Assembly (NCBI RefSeq): GCF_001194135.2
Contig: NC_068981.1
Span: 46,352,414 to 46,411,174 of the forward strand
Length of the DNA: 58,761 nucleotides
Reading direction: 5' to 3'
From: Octopus bimaculoides
Lineage: Eukaryota
Shown here: one piece after another, positions 38,167-51,688 of the stretch
Numbering within the stretch: position 1 is the first letter of the stretch
Layout of the letters: every line of letters begins with the position of its first letter
Notes under the pieces: model-generated
What the model was told of the DNA's origin: nothing
The model's database searches: none
Seen by the model: only the letters and a program-made list of their open reading frames with translations
Position numbers and translations under genes: made by a program

Positions 38167-41150
38167 AAACATGACGTCATGCCACTCATGCAAACATTAC
38201 ACGCACACCACCACTTACATATATACCTCTATACTTTTGATCTGCCATTATTCTAACCTCATAATTACATATATGCTAGAACACACAGGCACTATACTTT
38301 ATTTTGCGCACTTCTAAACATAAATGTAGTTTTATACTTCTACTTACCCCACCCTTCCCCTTTTTATCTTCATCATAGAACGGTATCCCCATGTGTCTTC
38401 TAACACTTGAAGATTTTTCCGCAATGAATATTTTCTTTCTAAATCTTTCTATGCTACTCTCTTTGTTTCTTCTGCTGAACGTCTAAAGTACAAAACGTTA
38501 AGATTATTTGTTCGTGTATTAAAGCGGTCAAATTGCAAACATTGTATAGAATGTCCTAATGGTGTTCTTCCTGTGTTCTTTTCCCCCTTCATTATATGCA
38601 TATCTTCTCATCTATTTATTCGCCTCATTTTTTTTCTTTCTCTGTCTTTCCATATATATATATAAATATATATATATATTTATATATATATATANNNNNN
38701 NNNNNNNNNNNNNNNNNNNNNNNNNNNNNNNNNNNNNNNNNNNNNNNNNNNNNNNNNNNNNNNNNNNNNNNNNNNNNNNNNNNNNNNNNNNNNNNNNNNN
38801 NNNNNNNNNNNNNNNNNNNNNNNNNNNNNNNNNNNNNNNNNNNNNNNNNNNNNNNNNNNNNNNNNNNNNNNNNNNNNNNNNNNNNNTATATATATATATA
38901 TATATATGTAGAGAGAGAGAGAGAGACATAGACATAGACAGAGACAGAGACAGACAGACAAACAGACAGAGAGATAGACTCTATATAGCTATAGTTTTCT
39001 CTACCTTCCACCCTGAAAATTTGAACAAAAGTGAATATATTTTGTGCTCTCTATATTGCTTTGAAATATTTCTCTTTCTCCTGACCACTTATTAGAAATC
39101 AAGTAACGGTGTGAGCGTATTAAATTCATTATTTAAATCAATGTGAAATGGAACTCTAACGAAAGGACACATTTGCATATCGTTTGTTCGCTTGTGATAT
39201 GACTAAATAAATCATTACTGTTTCTTCACAAGGGAGATTGTATAAGGTGACCAAAGATAAATTCCTAATAACTAAACAGATTTTATAAATTTTACTCTGT
39301 AGCGATAAGTGAGATGAACGCATAATATTCCATCAATTGTTACTCGCAAAAACATGGAGGCTGCCGTGATGTATTTCATGCTTGTTCATGAAATAGGATT
39401 GATCTGAGATCAGTAGAATTTGTATAACAACGCATGCGCTCACAAGTGGATTCCTAAGTTCATTCCTCAGCAATTACACTGCATTTTAGACTATTTTAAA
39501 TACAATGCACACCTTAATGCAATTTTAACCTCACCTCATGAAGCGGTTTTATACTTTGTCCTATGTCACATTTGTAAGTAAATTTTTGATACTTTCATTG
39601 TATATAAACTACGACCACAGTGATTTTATGCCGTTACGAGAATCTAATAACCTTGAAACAAGTCTGATTACTTCCGGACCGTGTTGAAAGCAGCCGTTTC
39701 TATGAATTGGCATTGAACATATTCCACTAATATCGGTATACATTACATGCTCAATCTACAGGCATGCCTTACATTTAAAAAGAAACAAAAATATTCATCA
39801 TTAAATGCATGGACTAATTGATCAACGATTTCAGTGATAGCTCTATTATTCTGATTATACTCTAGCTACCACATTATTTGAAGTCATATACAAGTAATTT
39901 TAGAAAGTCCAAATATATGCCAGATAGATTTCATTTTATTTTATTTATTTATTTATTTATTTTTTTTTTTTTGCACGGAGAAAGATAAAATATATGATGT
40001 AATATTTTTCTACTCACAATACCGCTAACATAAAATATTCCTTTAAGAACGAAAATCATCTCTTTCAGTTTATCGAAAAAGTGCTCTGATATGAGCTATG
40101 AATCAACTAATCCGTGTCATTTCATGCGCTCAGGTCAGTCTGAAAAAGCTTAGATGAGTCTTGCATTCGACACTCTAGGAAAGAAGTAAAACTATTCTCT
40201 ATATAAACAGAGTTTGGGAACATTTTCCTTGTTGATAAAAATAAAGATAAATAAAATATGTTAGGTTTTTTTCTAGTTTTCTCATCAAAATTGTGCTCGT
40301 CAAGTACTATATATATATTTGCGTGAAGAAGATCTTGAGAGTGCACGTGCACGTGCATGTTTGCATAGAAAATATTTATCGTCTTATGCAAGTGATATAT
40401 AAGCTAGAGACTCTGCCCAGAATTTTTTAAAATCTTCAGTAACCAAACGTCTGGTGCGTTCAGAACGAATCTCCTCTCATTTTTAGTATCTCAAGAGTCT
40501 TCTGCACATACTACTTCTGTCTTTGCATATGAAATTAAATGGAACTCGTTTGTGTTCCACAATGTTTAAGAGGAGCAGTTCAAATTTCTGCAAGCTGAAT
40601 TAAAGTTTTTGAACAGTCGTGAAATCGCTTAGATGTAGCGCCTTCTGAATATATGAGTTTTGATATTAATGTAGATTTCAACACGTATCTCATAGTTTCC
40701 TTTCGATATAATACATACGATTGCCGAACTATCATCTAATATTATCATATCTAGATTTGTTTAGCGTTCTGTAATATAATATTTTGTCAGAAATGGTTCT
40801 ATCTTGATTTATCAGAGCCTACATCAAAAACTAATATAATGCAGTACAATACAATATGAAATATGTCGAGTAGGAATGGTTCCTCTTCGAATTTCGAAAA
40901 GTGATGAAAAAAGCCAAATAATCTTATTTTGTACATTAACCACAAAATATCTCATATACATGTATAAAATATTATATTTTGCCGTTTGGTTAAATGGAGT
41001 CTGTGTAACTTCATAGCCTCTGTCGATTTCAAATAAAAAAAATTGTGTTGGTCGCTAGAGATGTCCTACAGGAATTTATTAGCAGCATAACTAAGGAAAC
41101 TTATTCATACAAACACGCACACCTACACCACATATATACACATACATGCA

Positions 41151-41220
<70 letters not shown>

Positions 41221-41959
41221 NNNNNNNNNNNNNNNNNNNNNNNNNNNNNNNNNNNNNNNNNNNNNNNNNNNNNNNNNNNNNNNNNNNNNNNNNNNNNNNN
41301 NNNNNNNNNNNNNNNNNNNNNNNNNNNNNNNNNNNNNNNNNNNNNNNNNNNNNNNNNNNNNNNNNNNNNNNNNNNNNNNNNNNNNNNNNNNNNNNNNNNN
41401 NNNNNNNNNNNNNNNNNNNNNNNNNNNNNNNNNNNNNNNNNNNNNNNNNNNNNNNNNNNNNNNNNNNNNNNNNNNNNNNNNNNNNNNNNNNNNNNNNTAT
41501 ATATATATTCTCTCGCTTTATATGTATGTGTGTATGATCATGAAACACGATATATAAAGTTTCTGTCTTCAACAACTAGCATTTCCCTAGATATCCGTAT
41601 TGACAGAATATTTATTATTTGCGTGTTAGAAATGAGAAATTGAAATATATTAGTGGCTGAAATATTGTTTTAAGTTAACCTAGAATACAAGAACCTGCCG
41701 CACATTTCAACTGCTTTGGTTATACAGCACACCTTATATTCTTAGATATTTTCGCTACATTAACATCACATGCATATTTCTACTGCAAATTTAACTCTGT
41801 AGTCCTCTAAATCTACCTCAATCGTTCAATATACCTCTGAACAACAAAACGGTGTGTGCTATTTGTTTTACATAACAATAGCAAGTTGCATTACTGCTAA
41901 TAGATCTCAACGTTAGTTGCACTTCTTTTATGTACTTCTATATTACGAAGTGACTTTAT

Positions 41960-42990
41960 TGTAAATAAAACAGGTCAGTCACTAGATTGTCCTTCTTGGA
42001 GCTTGCTGCCGTTTATGCATCCAGCTTATTTATTTCCATCATCAAATCCTGACCGTATAACTATAACGTCTTAACTAATCTAGAAATAGCATCAAGCTTG
42101 TTTGATAACTCGTTTCATCCCTCTTGCTTCCACGTGAAATGCAGCCAAACAGCCGTTGTACTAAACTATCATTGCGGACTTTGCTATGAGAAAAATTGGA
42201 TTCGGTTTTTGCATTTAACACTTACCATCAAAGTTCGATGGCATCAGCATTTCTAGTCATCATAATGTTAAGATGCTTCTTGAAATCTCCAAATCAGCTG
42301 CTGCTGAACTTCCAGAAACATTCCGTAAGGCCGTTACCAATACCATCAGTACTGATAACGCCTGTTTCTTTTCACATGAGGATGTTGTAGGAGGGCACAG
42401 TTATCTAATACCCTATATCAAAAAAGAAAATAATGTTTGCATTTGTCAATAGAAGGATTATAGTATGACTGCACAGCAATCGCTAGTCAACAACTTGTGA
42501 TATCGTCAAATATGAAGACCTAAGTTCCAAAGATCAGTAATCAATGTTAAAACGCTCCTGAACATTTCACCTCTGGAACGACATTAATGCTAGCCTCTTC
42601 CATCAATACGTGATTGCAAATAACTTGATACACCATCAACCAGCAATGAATACATCTTACCCAACGACAAATAAGTCACGGATGCAGTTCTTTCATTTAT
42701 ACACAGAATTCTACAACTCTTCTTCATGTTCCCAGCTGTTCCCTTTTACCCTACTCACACCCTGCCTAACCTGCAGCAGTATCCCTATATCACACCTAAG
42801 AACACTCAAAATATTAATTCCTAAAATTTTCACGATAATATTATTTCTTTTAGTTACAAAATTCATTAGTAATATCTTCAAAGTCATCCTTCCAGTTACA
42901 CTTAAATTATTTTCGGTATATAACATTACGCCAAACGGAAATATGCACGCTATTGCCGTCGCCAATTTTTACGGCTTTTAGCTGTAGATG
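41960..42990 (-). mobile_element. Very old RTE-like ORF2 (endonuclease/linker) remnant
   Basis: GC-richer island; scattered minus-frame motifs (CINERTASV, GVSSY, GCISRGSKRDET cf. GxSxGxxxxKETWW). Heavily decayed. Confidence 0.3.
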
Positions 42991-43828
42991 TAACACTCAT
43001 TCCTTGCGAATTCTCTCCCGCTCAATTCGAATTGAAACCATCAAGTTGAAAGGCAATAATTTCTACAGCGAGAGAATTTATTCACCAGATTCCAGTAAAG
43101 ATTATTATGAAGTTATATTTAAATAAAACATATACCGTATTGAGCTGCTGACTAAATTCCATCATTATCCCTTTGATATTTGATTCTTGTTCCTGTCCAT
43201 GAAGCATTGTTTTTGGCACAGAATTTAGTGAAATAAATTATTTATTTTCACTTACATATTCGATGATCTTCATGGAAATATATGTTCCATAACCTTTTTT
43301 TAATGATTTATCTGGGCAATCTATAGCTGGACTCTACAGAACTCTCCCAGCACTGATGTATCGTTTTCTGCGATCAAAAACAAAATAGTTTATTATGAGT
43401 GATTTATTATGAGTGATTTAAAAATTTTGAAGATATGCTTGCTTCAAAACTTTGAAGTCACTCTCACATAATGTATCTTCCGCTCTCAAGACGGCTCCAA
43501 GTCAGATCTCAAACCCTGAGGAGAGGCATGTATGTTTTCCTTTCATCGTTCTTTGGAAATCTCACCTTTGGAAAATTGAGCTATAACCTCCGAAATATGT
43601 GAATACATACAGTGCAGATACAACGCCTTTCTAGATAACAGTGACTAAAATGTTGTGGAGATTGAATGGTGGTAGCATGAGAAGGCAAGCAGAGGTGAAG
43701 AGCATAATAAATCGCACTGTTGTGAAATATTTCTTGCCAGCATTCTGAACCAAGTAAGCTTGGATCGCAAAGACAGACACCGACAAGATGTAATAGCATT
43801 AGTATGTTCATATAAAACTGTCTAATAC

Positions 43829-44246
43829 GGCACGTAAGAGTCGTGTGGTAAGTAGCTTGCTTACCAACCACATGGTCCCGGGTTCAGTCTCACTGCGTTG
43901 CACCTTGGGCAAGTGTCTTCTATTATAACTTCGGGCCAACGAAAGCCTCCTGAGTGGATTTGGTAGACGGAAACTGGAAGAAACTCGCCGTATATGTGTG
44001 TATATATATGTATATATATGTATGTGTGTGTATGTGTTTATTTGTCCCGTCCAGCATCGCTTAACAACCGATGCTGTTGTGTTTGCGGCTCCGTATTTTA
44101 GCGGTTCGGCAAAATACACCGATATAATAAGTACTAGGCTTCTAAAGAATAAGTTCTGGGGTCGGTGTGGTCGACTATAAAGGCGGTGCTCCAGCATGGC
44201 CGCAGTCAAATGACTGAAACATGTAAAAGAGTAAAAGAGTAAAGAG
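43829..44246 (+). mobile_element. Full-length tRNA-derived SINE family A (best-preserved copy)
   Basis: tgtggtaagtagcttgc (A-box region), gggttcagtctcactg (B-box-like), caccttgggcaagtgtcttc, internal (TA/TG) tract, aaggcggtgctccagcatggccgcagtcaaatgactgaaac, tail (gtaaaaga)n. Confidence 0.93.
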
Positions 44247-45286
44247 ATACTCAGTTTCTGGGTCTTAAGATGCTGAGGAAATGAAGTCTAGAAAATACGG
44301 ACATCTATTTGGATGTTATGTGTTTCCGTCGCTAGCGTTTGAAAGGAGATCGATTTATAAATCCCACTGGTGCACTTTTACTTGTAATTGATCTATAATA
44401 TGTCAGAGACGCCCAACATGTCTTTGTTGTCCGTAAGGGTTTTTAATGCATTTAGTCTGTCAGAAAATACGCAAAAGTGGTGGTGGGCGCATTACAGCCT
44501 AAGAACAATTTATATATTATGTCGTATGTGTGATAAATTTGTACAAATTCATTCACTTTGCAAGACGAATTAAATTCTTTTCACATATTTACAAAAAACG
44601 GAAACTGAACGCACGGTAAGTTTGCACTGAGTTTTGCCTCGAGCGTGAATAGTAAATAAAACTCAAATTTTGTCCTAAATTCTCTGCTGTACTTGACAAC
44701 AAGAAACGGCAATTCTCTTACAAACATTCAAATATAGATTATATTCTAATTTGTATAAAGCCATTATATAGTTCCTTAAAAGTTAATTTATTGGTGTTTA
44801 ACCTACGCGCAACTAAAAAGGAAACAAGAATTTACTCGATAAAAAAATAAATAAGCAGACCGCTGACTGCGTTAAGATAAAAATCACAATATTACCTTAT
44901 ATTACCTTAGGAAGACATAAATTCCATCAACAAATATAAGTATTATACTTGCTGTGCACCATTTATCAGAACAAGACAAAACACTCTTTACAAAACATAC
45001 TTCTTCTGCATGCACATCTATCTATCTCTCTCTCTCTCCCCTTCTTACTCTCTCCCTCACCCTCCTATCTCTCTTTCTCTCTTCATATATTATAGAGACA
45101 TAAATGTATATATGCAAGCATTTACCTGAATGCGAACGTATACTGTACGTATGGATGTATTTTATGTGTAAGAGATATTATGCGCATATATCTCTCCCTC
45201 ACTTCGTTGCGGGCAAGCTGGGGCACTGCTCCTAAAGTTCCTAGTTTAAGCTCTGCTGCATATTTTTGGTTTAGTTTAGTTTTCTT

Positions 45287-45433
45287 GTTGTTCTTGTTGT
45301 TGTTGTTGTTGTTCTTCTTCTTCTTCTTCTTCTTCTTCTTCTTCTTCTTCTTCTTCTTCTTCTTCTTCTTCTTCTTCTTCTTCTTCTTCTTCTTCTTCTT
45401 CTTCTTCGTCTTCTACTTCTTCTTCTTCTTCTG

Positions 45434-45501
<68 letters not shown>

Positions 45502-45515
45502 CATCATTATTATTA
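45287..45515. repeat. Compound microsatellite (TTG)n-(TTC)n-(ATT)n
   Basis: Directly visible. Confidence 0.97.
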
Positions 45516-46762
45516 TTATTAGTATTATCCATATGCACACAACAGATTAGACTGTTAGAAAAGAAAAAAAAACAAATCTTCATATCAGGCAACAACAAGT
45601 GAACTTAGATGCTAAGAACCTTCCTTAGTATCCTAGCTTTCCCTGCTTTCTGGAGCTTCACTATCCATCTATTAAGATACTTAGGGATAATTCCCAATGC
45701 ACCTATATCTACTGGTATACATTCTACCCGCATATTCCATAGTCTCTGTAATTCAATAGTACTTTACTATTTTTTCTATACCTCTTATATAGATTTTTTC
45801 ATCATTTGGAACTGCAAAGTCAATTATCCTGCACTTTCTATTCTCTTAATCTATTATTACTAAATCAGGCCTTGAAGCTTCTATTACTCTGTCAGTCTGA
45901 ACGTTAAAGTTCCACAACATCTTGTATTTTTTTTTACTTTCTTGTACTTTCGTAGGTTCATATTCATACCATTTATCAGTATGTGAAAATCCTAGATATC
46001 TATAGCTAGGATTTGCGCAACTGATAAATGGTATGAATATAATTACTTTCCCTAAGGTGTCATGCCTTTTCTTGTATTTTTTCTGTGCTAGCATGCTACA
46101 TTCATTTACTATACGAATGTAGCATTTTTGATTTGCATGACCGACATTGGAAATCTACTTGATTTTTGTTTATCATGACTTTTATCCAATTAGTCTTTAA
46201 TGCTTGATCTTGCGCAACTAGTAACAAACATTTTATCCCCATTTTCAGCTTTCCTTTCTGTAACAATAGCCATGTCTCATTAATACTATTTGATAAAACT
46301 ATCTTTGAGTATCTACTATGAAATTCCTTTACCTGGTAGTTGGATAATTCGTGTTCTTTTTTCTTGTTCTTTACTTCGTTTCGGTTTTTGTTTCCTTATG
46401 TCTTGCTGTGACACTAGCAAATTTTAATAAACTTTCTTCACTATTACCTACATAAGTGTCTTTATCTACTTTCGCTAACTCCAAGCAGTCTTCTACTGAT
46501 ATCAACCTTCTTCCGCCTACCTTTCAAGGTAAATGTAACCTTGCTATTTCTACCCTTTGGTTGAGTCTTCCATTTATATTGAATTTCTTCCTAGTTCTTC
46601 TGTCTAACTTTTCTAATTAATGTTTGACCAATCTACAATAACTGCCGAGTATTTTAATCATGTTGCCCAAGTACTTACAGCCTTCTCTAGACCATAGAGC
46701 TTTAACTTCATTTGCTTCCTCGGACATCTGATGCACTCCTTCTCAATTTTCCTTTTTCTACA
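45516..46762 (-). mobile_element. R4/Dong-like RLE non-LTR retrotransposon, 5'-truncated (about 1.2 kb)
   Basis: KIEKECIR...AVSTWA..YSAVIVDW..LDRRTRK...RLHLP*KVGGRRLISVEDC...GKLK...AQDQALKTN...CRSC...ECSMLAQKKYKKRHD...KWYEYEP..V...KMLWNFNVQTDRVIEASRPDLVIID...IIDFAVPND...IPVDIGALG...ARILRKVL* (stop 45605-45607), an about 90-bp 3' UTR, then (TAA)n. Confidence 0.92.
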
Positions 46763-46861
46763 CACACACACACACACTGCTGGAGGGAACACATACGCCA
46801 TAGAAACCGGGAAACCGGGACTATGAGTCTGGCTAGGCTTTGAAAGGTCACATAAATAAAA

Positions 46862-46869
46862 ATAATTAC

Positions 46870-46939
<70 letters not shown>

Positions 46940-46973
46940 GTTGTTGTTGTTGCTGTTGTTATTATTATTATTA

Positions 46974-47040
<67 letters not shown>

Positions 47041-47060
47041 CATTATTATTACTATTATTA
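46862..47060. repeat. (TAT)n microsatellite with (TGT)n interruption
   Basis: Directly visible. Confidence 0.97.
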
Positions 47061-47075
47061 TGATTTATAAATGTA

Positions 47076-47292
47076 AGGGGCGAGCTGACAGAATCTTTAA
47101 CACGTTGGACGAAAAGCTTGTCGATATTTCGCTCGTCACTACGTTCCGAGATCCACTTCTGCCAAGGTCGACTATGCCTTTCATCCTTTCGGGGTCGATA
47201 AATCAAGTATCAGTCAAGTACTGATGTCACTGAGATCGACTATCCTTCTTTCCTCAAATGTCATGCCTTGTGCCTATAGTAGAAAAGATTAC
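47076..47292 (+). mobile_element. SINE family B
   Basis: ggcgagctgacagaatc...tacgttccgag...aggtcgactatgcctttcatcctttcggggtcgataaat. Confidence 0.9.
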
Positions 47293-47468
47293 GAATTACA
47301 AATGCACTTGGCAAGTAATTAAATATGGAACATGAATCATTGGGGATTGTTGCGTATTTGTTTATGTATTAGTTCTCGCCGCGATGTTTCAATTTATGAT
47401 GCTCAACATTTCTTAATAGAAAATAATTTCTATATAGCTGTAACTGACTGGATCATACGGTGACATAT

Positions 47469-47640
47469 ATACCTACCTACCTACCTACCTACCTACCTAC
47501 CTACCTACCTACCTACCTACCTAGTTACTTACCTACCTACCTATCTACCTACCTACCTACCAACCTACCTACCTACCTACCAACCTACATACATACATAC
47601 ATACATACATACATACATTCATACATACATACGTACATAT
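47469..47640. repeat. (ACCT)n grading into (ACAT)n tetranucleotide microsatellite
   Basis: Directly visible. Confidence 0.97.
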
Positions 47641-48178
47641 GTATACACCCCTGCACACACATATGCACGTTTACTTCCATGAATTTCATTCAGCATCGTA
47701 CACGACCGTTACATTTTCACACAGCTAATTGCATTGTAGGCGACATCTATATTAAATCCTCTGTGATTATTTTCTTGTGGGTATTATGCATACTCATGTT
47801 ATTTCTTGCACATGTGTTCGAAAATAATTGTTTATAATGCGAGGTAAAGTCCTTGTCTGCTGGTTATTGAAGCTCCTACTTTATATATGCTCACATCTTT
47901 TCATCTCGTAAATTGTTCCAGTATACTTGTAACACAATAGTTCGAAGGGTATTATTGGTCACTTTTCAAGGAATACTTTCACTACAACGGTTGCGGCATT
48001 TGACTACCACGTGTTTGTATTTCTATATTAGACATTAGTCGAATTGAGAATGTGGACGACTAGATTATGTAAAATACAAAGGATATTCGTACTGGATTGA
48101 AGCAATGCACACATTTTATAAGGGCGTGGAAATTTCAAGTATATGTCAATATGTATCTAGTTCTAACAGCAATATATT

Positions 48179-48235
<57 letters not shown>

Positions 48236-50029
48236 ATGTGTGCGTGTGTGTGTGCGTGTATGTGTGTGTGTGTGCGCGCGCGCGTGCGTGCGTGTATGAG
48301 TGTGCGTATGCATGTGTGTTTATATATTTACATCCAATTGTGTCGGTTATGGGTTTATTTATAACCACTTTACCGTTAGAAATCTTCAATTCTCTATTTG
48401 CTACAGTTTCCGGTTCAAATAGCAGGCATTGAATATGGTATTGCAAAAATATATTTAAAATATCAACAACTATTTCTGAATAACAGTAACTTACCTTAGA
48501 TATTTCCGTGTTTCCCAATATGTAATCAGTAAACTATTGATAATCTGATGTTCAGTACTATGATCACAATCGTTGCTCTGAAAATCCCAATGTCTTTGTT
48601 GAACATATCGTAGAACATGAATTGTTTTTCATTTGCATCTATTTCTCTTATTTTTCCCTGTAAAATCTCCTGTGATATAAACTTAGTTTAACAACATCTG
48701 TATAAACTTACTACGATATGCCAGTCTTGTTGATCTCTTAAGCCTCATGTTATCTCTGACCATAGCAATATGTTTGCATTCCGCTCGAAGGCAATATAGT
48801 TAATCTTGATTGTCTAACTCGACATTATAACTTATAACCTTTTGTGTAGCATTCTATTTCTTGATCTTTATTTAGATAAACCGTTCTATAAAATATGCCA
48901 AAATGAATTAAGGTGCCCTGTGTGTAAAGAACTGAAAGTTTAGATATACACGTTCATTACGAAAAATATTCCACGTCTATGAAGTTCAGAAAAAAGATTT
49001 CGTTATCGGACAGATGTTTCGGATTATATTCAGTGACATTTGTTGTAGTTTATGAATGTTTCAGTCGTAGCTTGGCCTTTATTTGAATCCTTATAAATAA
49101 AGTAAGTACTGCATATGTTGATTAGTACACAATGGCCTATCGCTCCACACCTTGAATCTTAAATAGTTACCAATTATTGATTTTCATATATCTATTATTT
49201 ATGAACAGCTTCTGCACCTAAACTTTCAACACACGCTTTTGTTCTAGTCATTTTACCCACTCCAGTCCAGAACCATCTCAAATATATTAATTGTTCTCTA
49301 GTAATAATTCTAACGAATACATTTCAGACATTGTGCTTCCTTGCTCAATGCTATTCTTTGTGACATTTTTTTTACGGTCCATTTTAATTTAGAGTTTATA
49401 ACATAGCTAATATTTATAGATGGTCGACTGACTACGCAAAAGCTACCTCTGTCTTAATATACAATTTTATAAGCTATATACACAAATACAACTCTAACGA
49501 AACAGCGTTCCTGAAATGAGTGAGAGTCTTCTTGGCCGTTCATGCCTACAAAAAATCACAGCCAAGTATATAGTTCTCGAAAATTCACAGCTGACAGATT
49601 TAAGAAAACAATGACTTTGTTGATAATGTTGCTATGTTGTTAATGGTATGTCTGAAAATAAGATGGTAAGATTACGACTGAAATGCCTTTGGCAATATGT
49701 CTCTGTGTCAGTTATGACATGTGAATAAACAAAATCATAGACAATTAGATAAATAATTCAAAAACATTAGATGCATTTAAATTAATTAATTATGCATAGA
49801 AACTGACGACATGCTTCAGTAGGCTATCTTTCAGAGAACTAGAACACACACAATGAAACTACTTTCTCACAAGTTATCCACTGATTACAATTGGGTAATA
49901 AACAAGTTACACGTACCTTTGCATATCATTTGTATAAGGTATTGATTACTTATTCATATTTAAATAAAGATGAATAATCTGGAGGTATCTCAAATGCATG
50001 TATGTATATAGATAGATAGATAGATAGAA

Positions 50030-50398
50030 GGTTCTGGGTTCAGTTCCACTGCCTGGCACCTTGAGCGGGTGTCTTCTACTTTAGCCTCGGGCCGACCGAA
50101 ACACGTGAGTGGATATGCTAGGGGGAAAACGAACAAAGCCCGTCATATATATATATATATATACACAAATATGTGTGTCTCTGTCTGTGTTCCACCACCG
50201 CTTCACAGCAAACAGTGTCGGTGTGTTTACGTCACCGTAACTTAACAGTTCACCAAAAGTGACTGATAGAATAAATACTAGGCTTTAAAAAATAAGTCCA
50301 GGGGTTGATTTGTTCGACTAAAAACCCCTCAATTTCGTGCTACAGCATGGTCACACTCTAATCACTGAAAAATGTATGATAATAAAAGAATAAAATAA
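50030..50398 (+). mobile_element. SINE family A, 5'-clipped
   Basis: gggttcagttccactgcctggcacc...gtgtcttctact.tagcctcgggccgacc...gtttacgtcaccgtaactta...gatagaataa.tactaggct...ttcgactaaa; colinear with 43829-44246. Confidence 0.88.
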
Positions 50399-51609
50399 TA
50401 CGTCTGCATTACCAGCATCATTATTGAGATCACCGTCGTCGACTGCCTTGTTATTGTTATTGCTTTTCCACTTTCATGATGTTAGTATTTCTCTGTAGCT
50501 TTTTTCTGGAAAAATAAAGACGAGAACAAAACAGAAAACAAGAAAAATATACATATATGGTATCGAAAAAAATCTACCAATAAAATTGTTCTATGCATAC
50601 TCCTACTGAAAATGTCGCTGGACAGTGTCAATCATCTCCGAGGACTGTTCGATAGAATTGTGTATACTGCATTTACAAATTGCTTATATGAAATTAGCGA
50701 ATGCAAAGTTCATTCCCCAATGTTTCTCTTATTATCGACATTGTCTTTGCATTATATTGTAGCCCTTTCCGGATCACATACTACCCAGTGTGATTTAGTA
50801 ATGGGGTTGGGAATTTCAACGTGATTAATAGTAGCTGCAGCAACCTTAATATATTTGTCGGCCACAGAACACATCCATTTACACACACATGTGCACACAC
50901 ACACACACACGCACGCACGCACGCACGCACGCACGCACACACGCGCACGCACACACACAACACACACACATCCATGGCATAAATTACAAGAGTTCGTATT
51001 ATCAACTGGGTTTGGATTTTCAATGAAACCAATCGGCAGTTGCCCAATCCATTTTATATTACGTACATAAACAAGCTCGCATTGTAGACTCCAATATAAT
51101 CTGCTGTGAGTTTGGTGCATAACCATGTCAACTTAATTTGCTTCAAATGTCACTGCACGACAATATATACGCCATAATCGATAATCAATTCTCTTTCATT
51201 GGTCATAATATATGTATGGAAACTAATTCTCTTAGTTATAACGTCTGACAAATGATCCACATAAATGATCCAAAGTGGAATCCTATTTTCCTCGTTTCAT
51301 TCCTTCAGAGTGCTGAACTAATGGAAATAGAAACTACAACTCCCTCAAAGCATAACATACAATCTTATGAAACAACATAATTCATAAGCCTTCGGTAGAT
51401 TGCTTTTCAAGATTTGGGAGGTGGGGGGTTCTTTGTGGAACGAATTTCTTGTATCAAATAAATAGTGCTGATTGGAACAAAATAAGCAGCACTTGATATA
51501 TTACTCTGAAAGATATTGCTAAATTATATGGAGTGTTTGAAAGTTAGGAGACCGCTAAAAGTTACACATTTCCTTACATCTATTAAAAAAAATACAATAA
51601 AATAATGAT

Positions 51610-51613
51610 GAGG

Positions 51614-51687
<74 letters not shown>

Positions 51688-51688
51688 C
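51610..51688. repeat. (AAT)n microsatellite
   Basis: Directly visible. Confidence 0.97.

Noticed and set aside
42218-42226. Strong minus-strand donor ATG|gtaagt
   Set aside because: Lies within a probable RTE relic, with stops in all upstream frames.
43829-43900. tRNA-like A/B boxes (also 34270-34359 and 38120-38166)
   Set aside because: These are SINE heads; there is no complete cloverleaf, so they are not tRNA genes.
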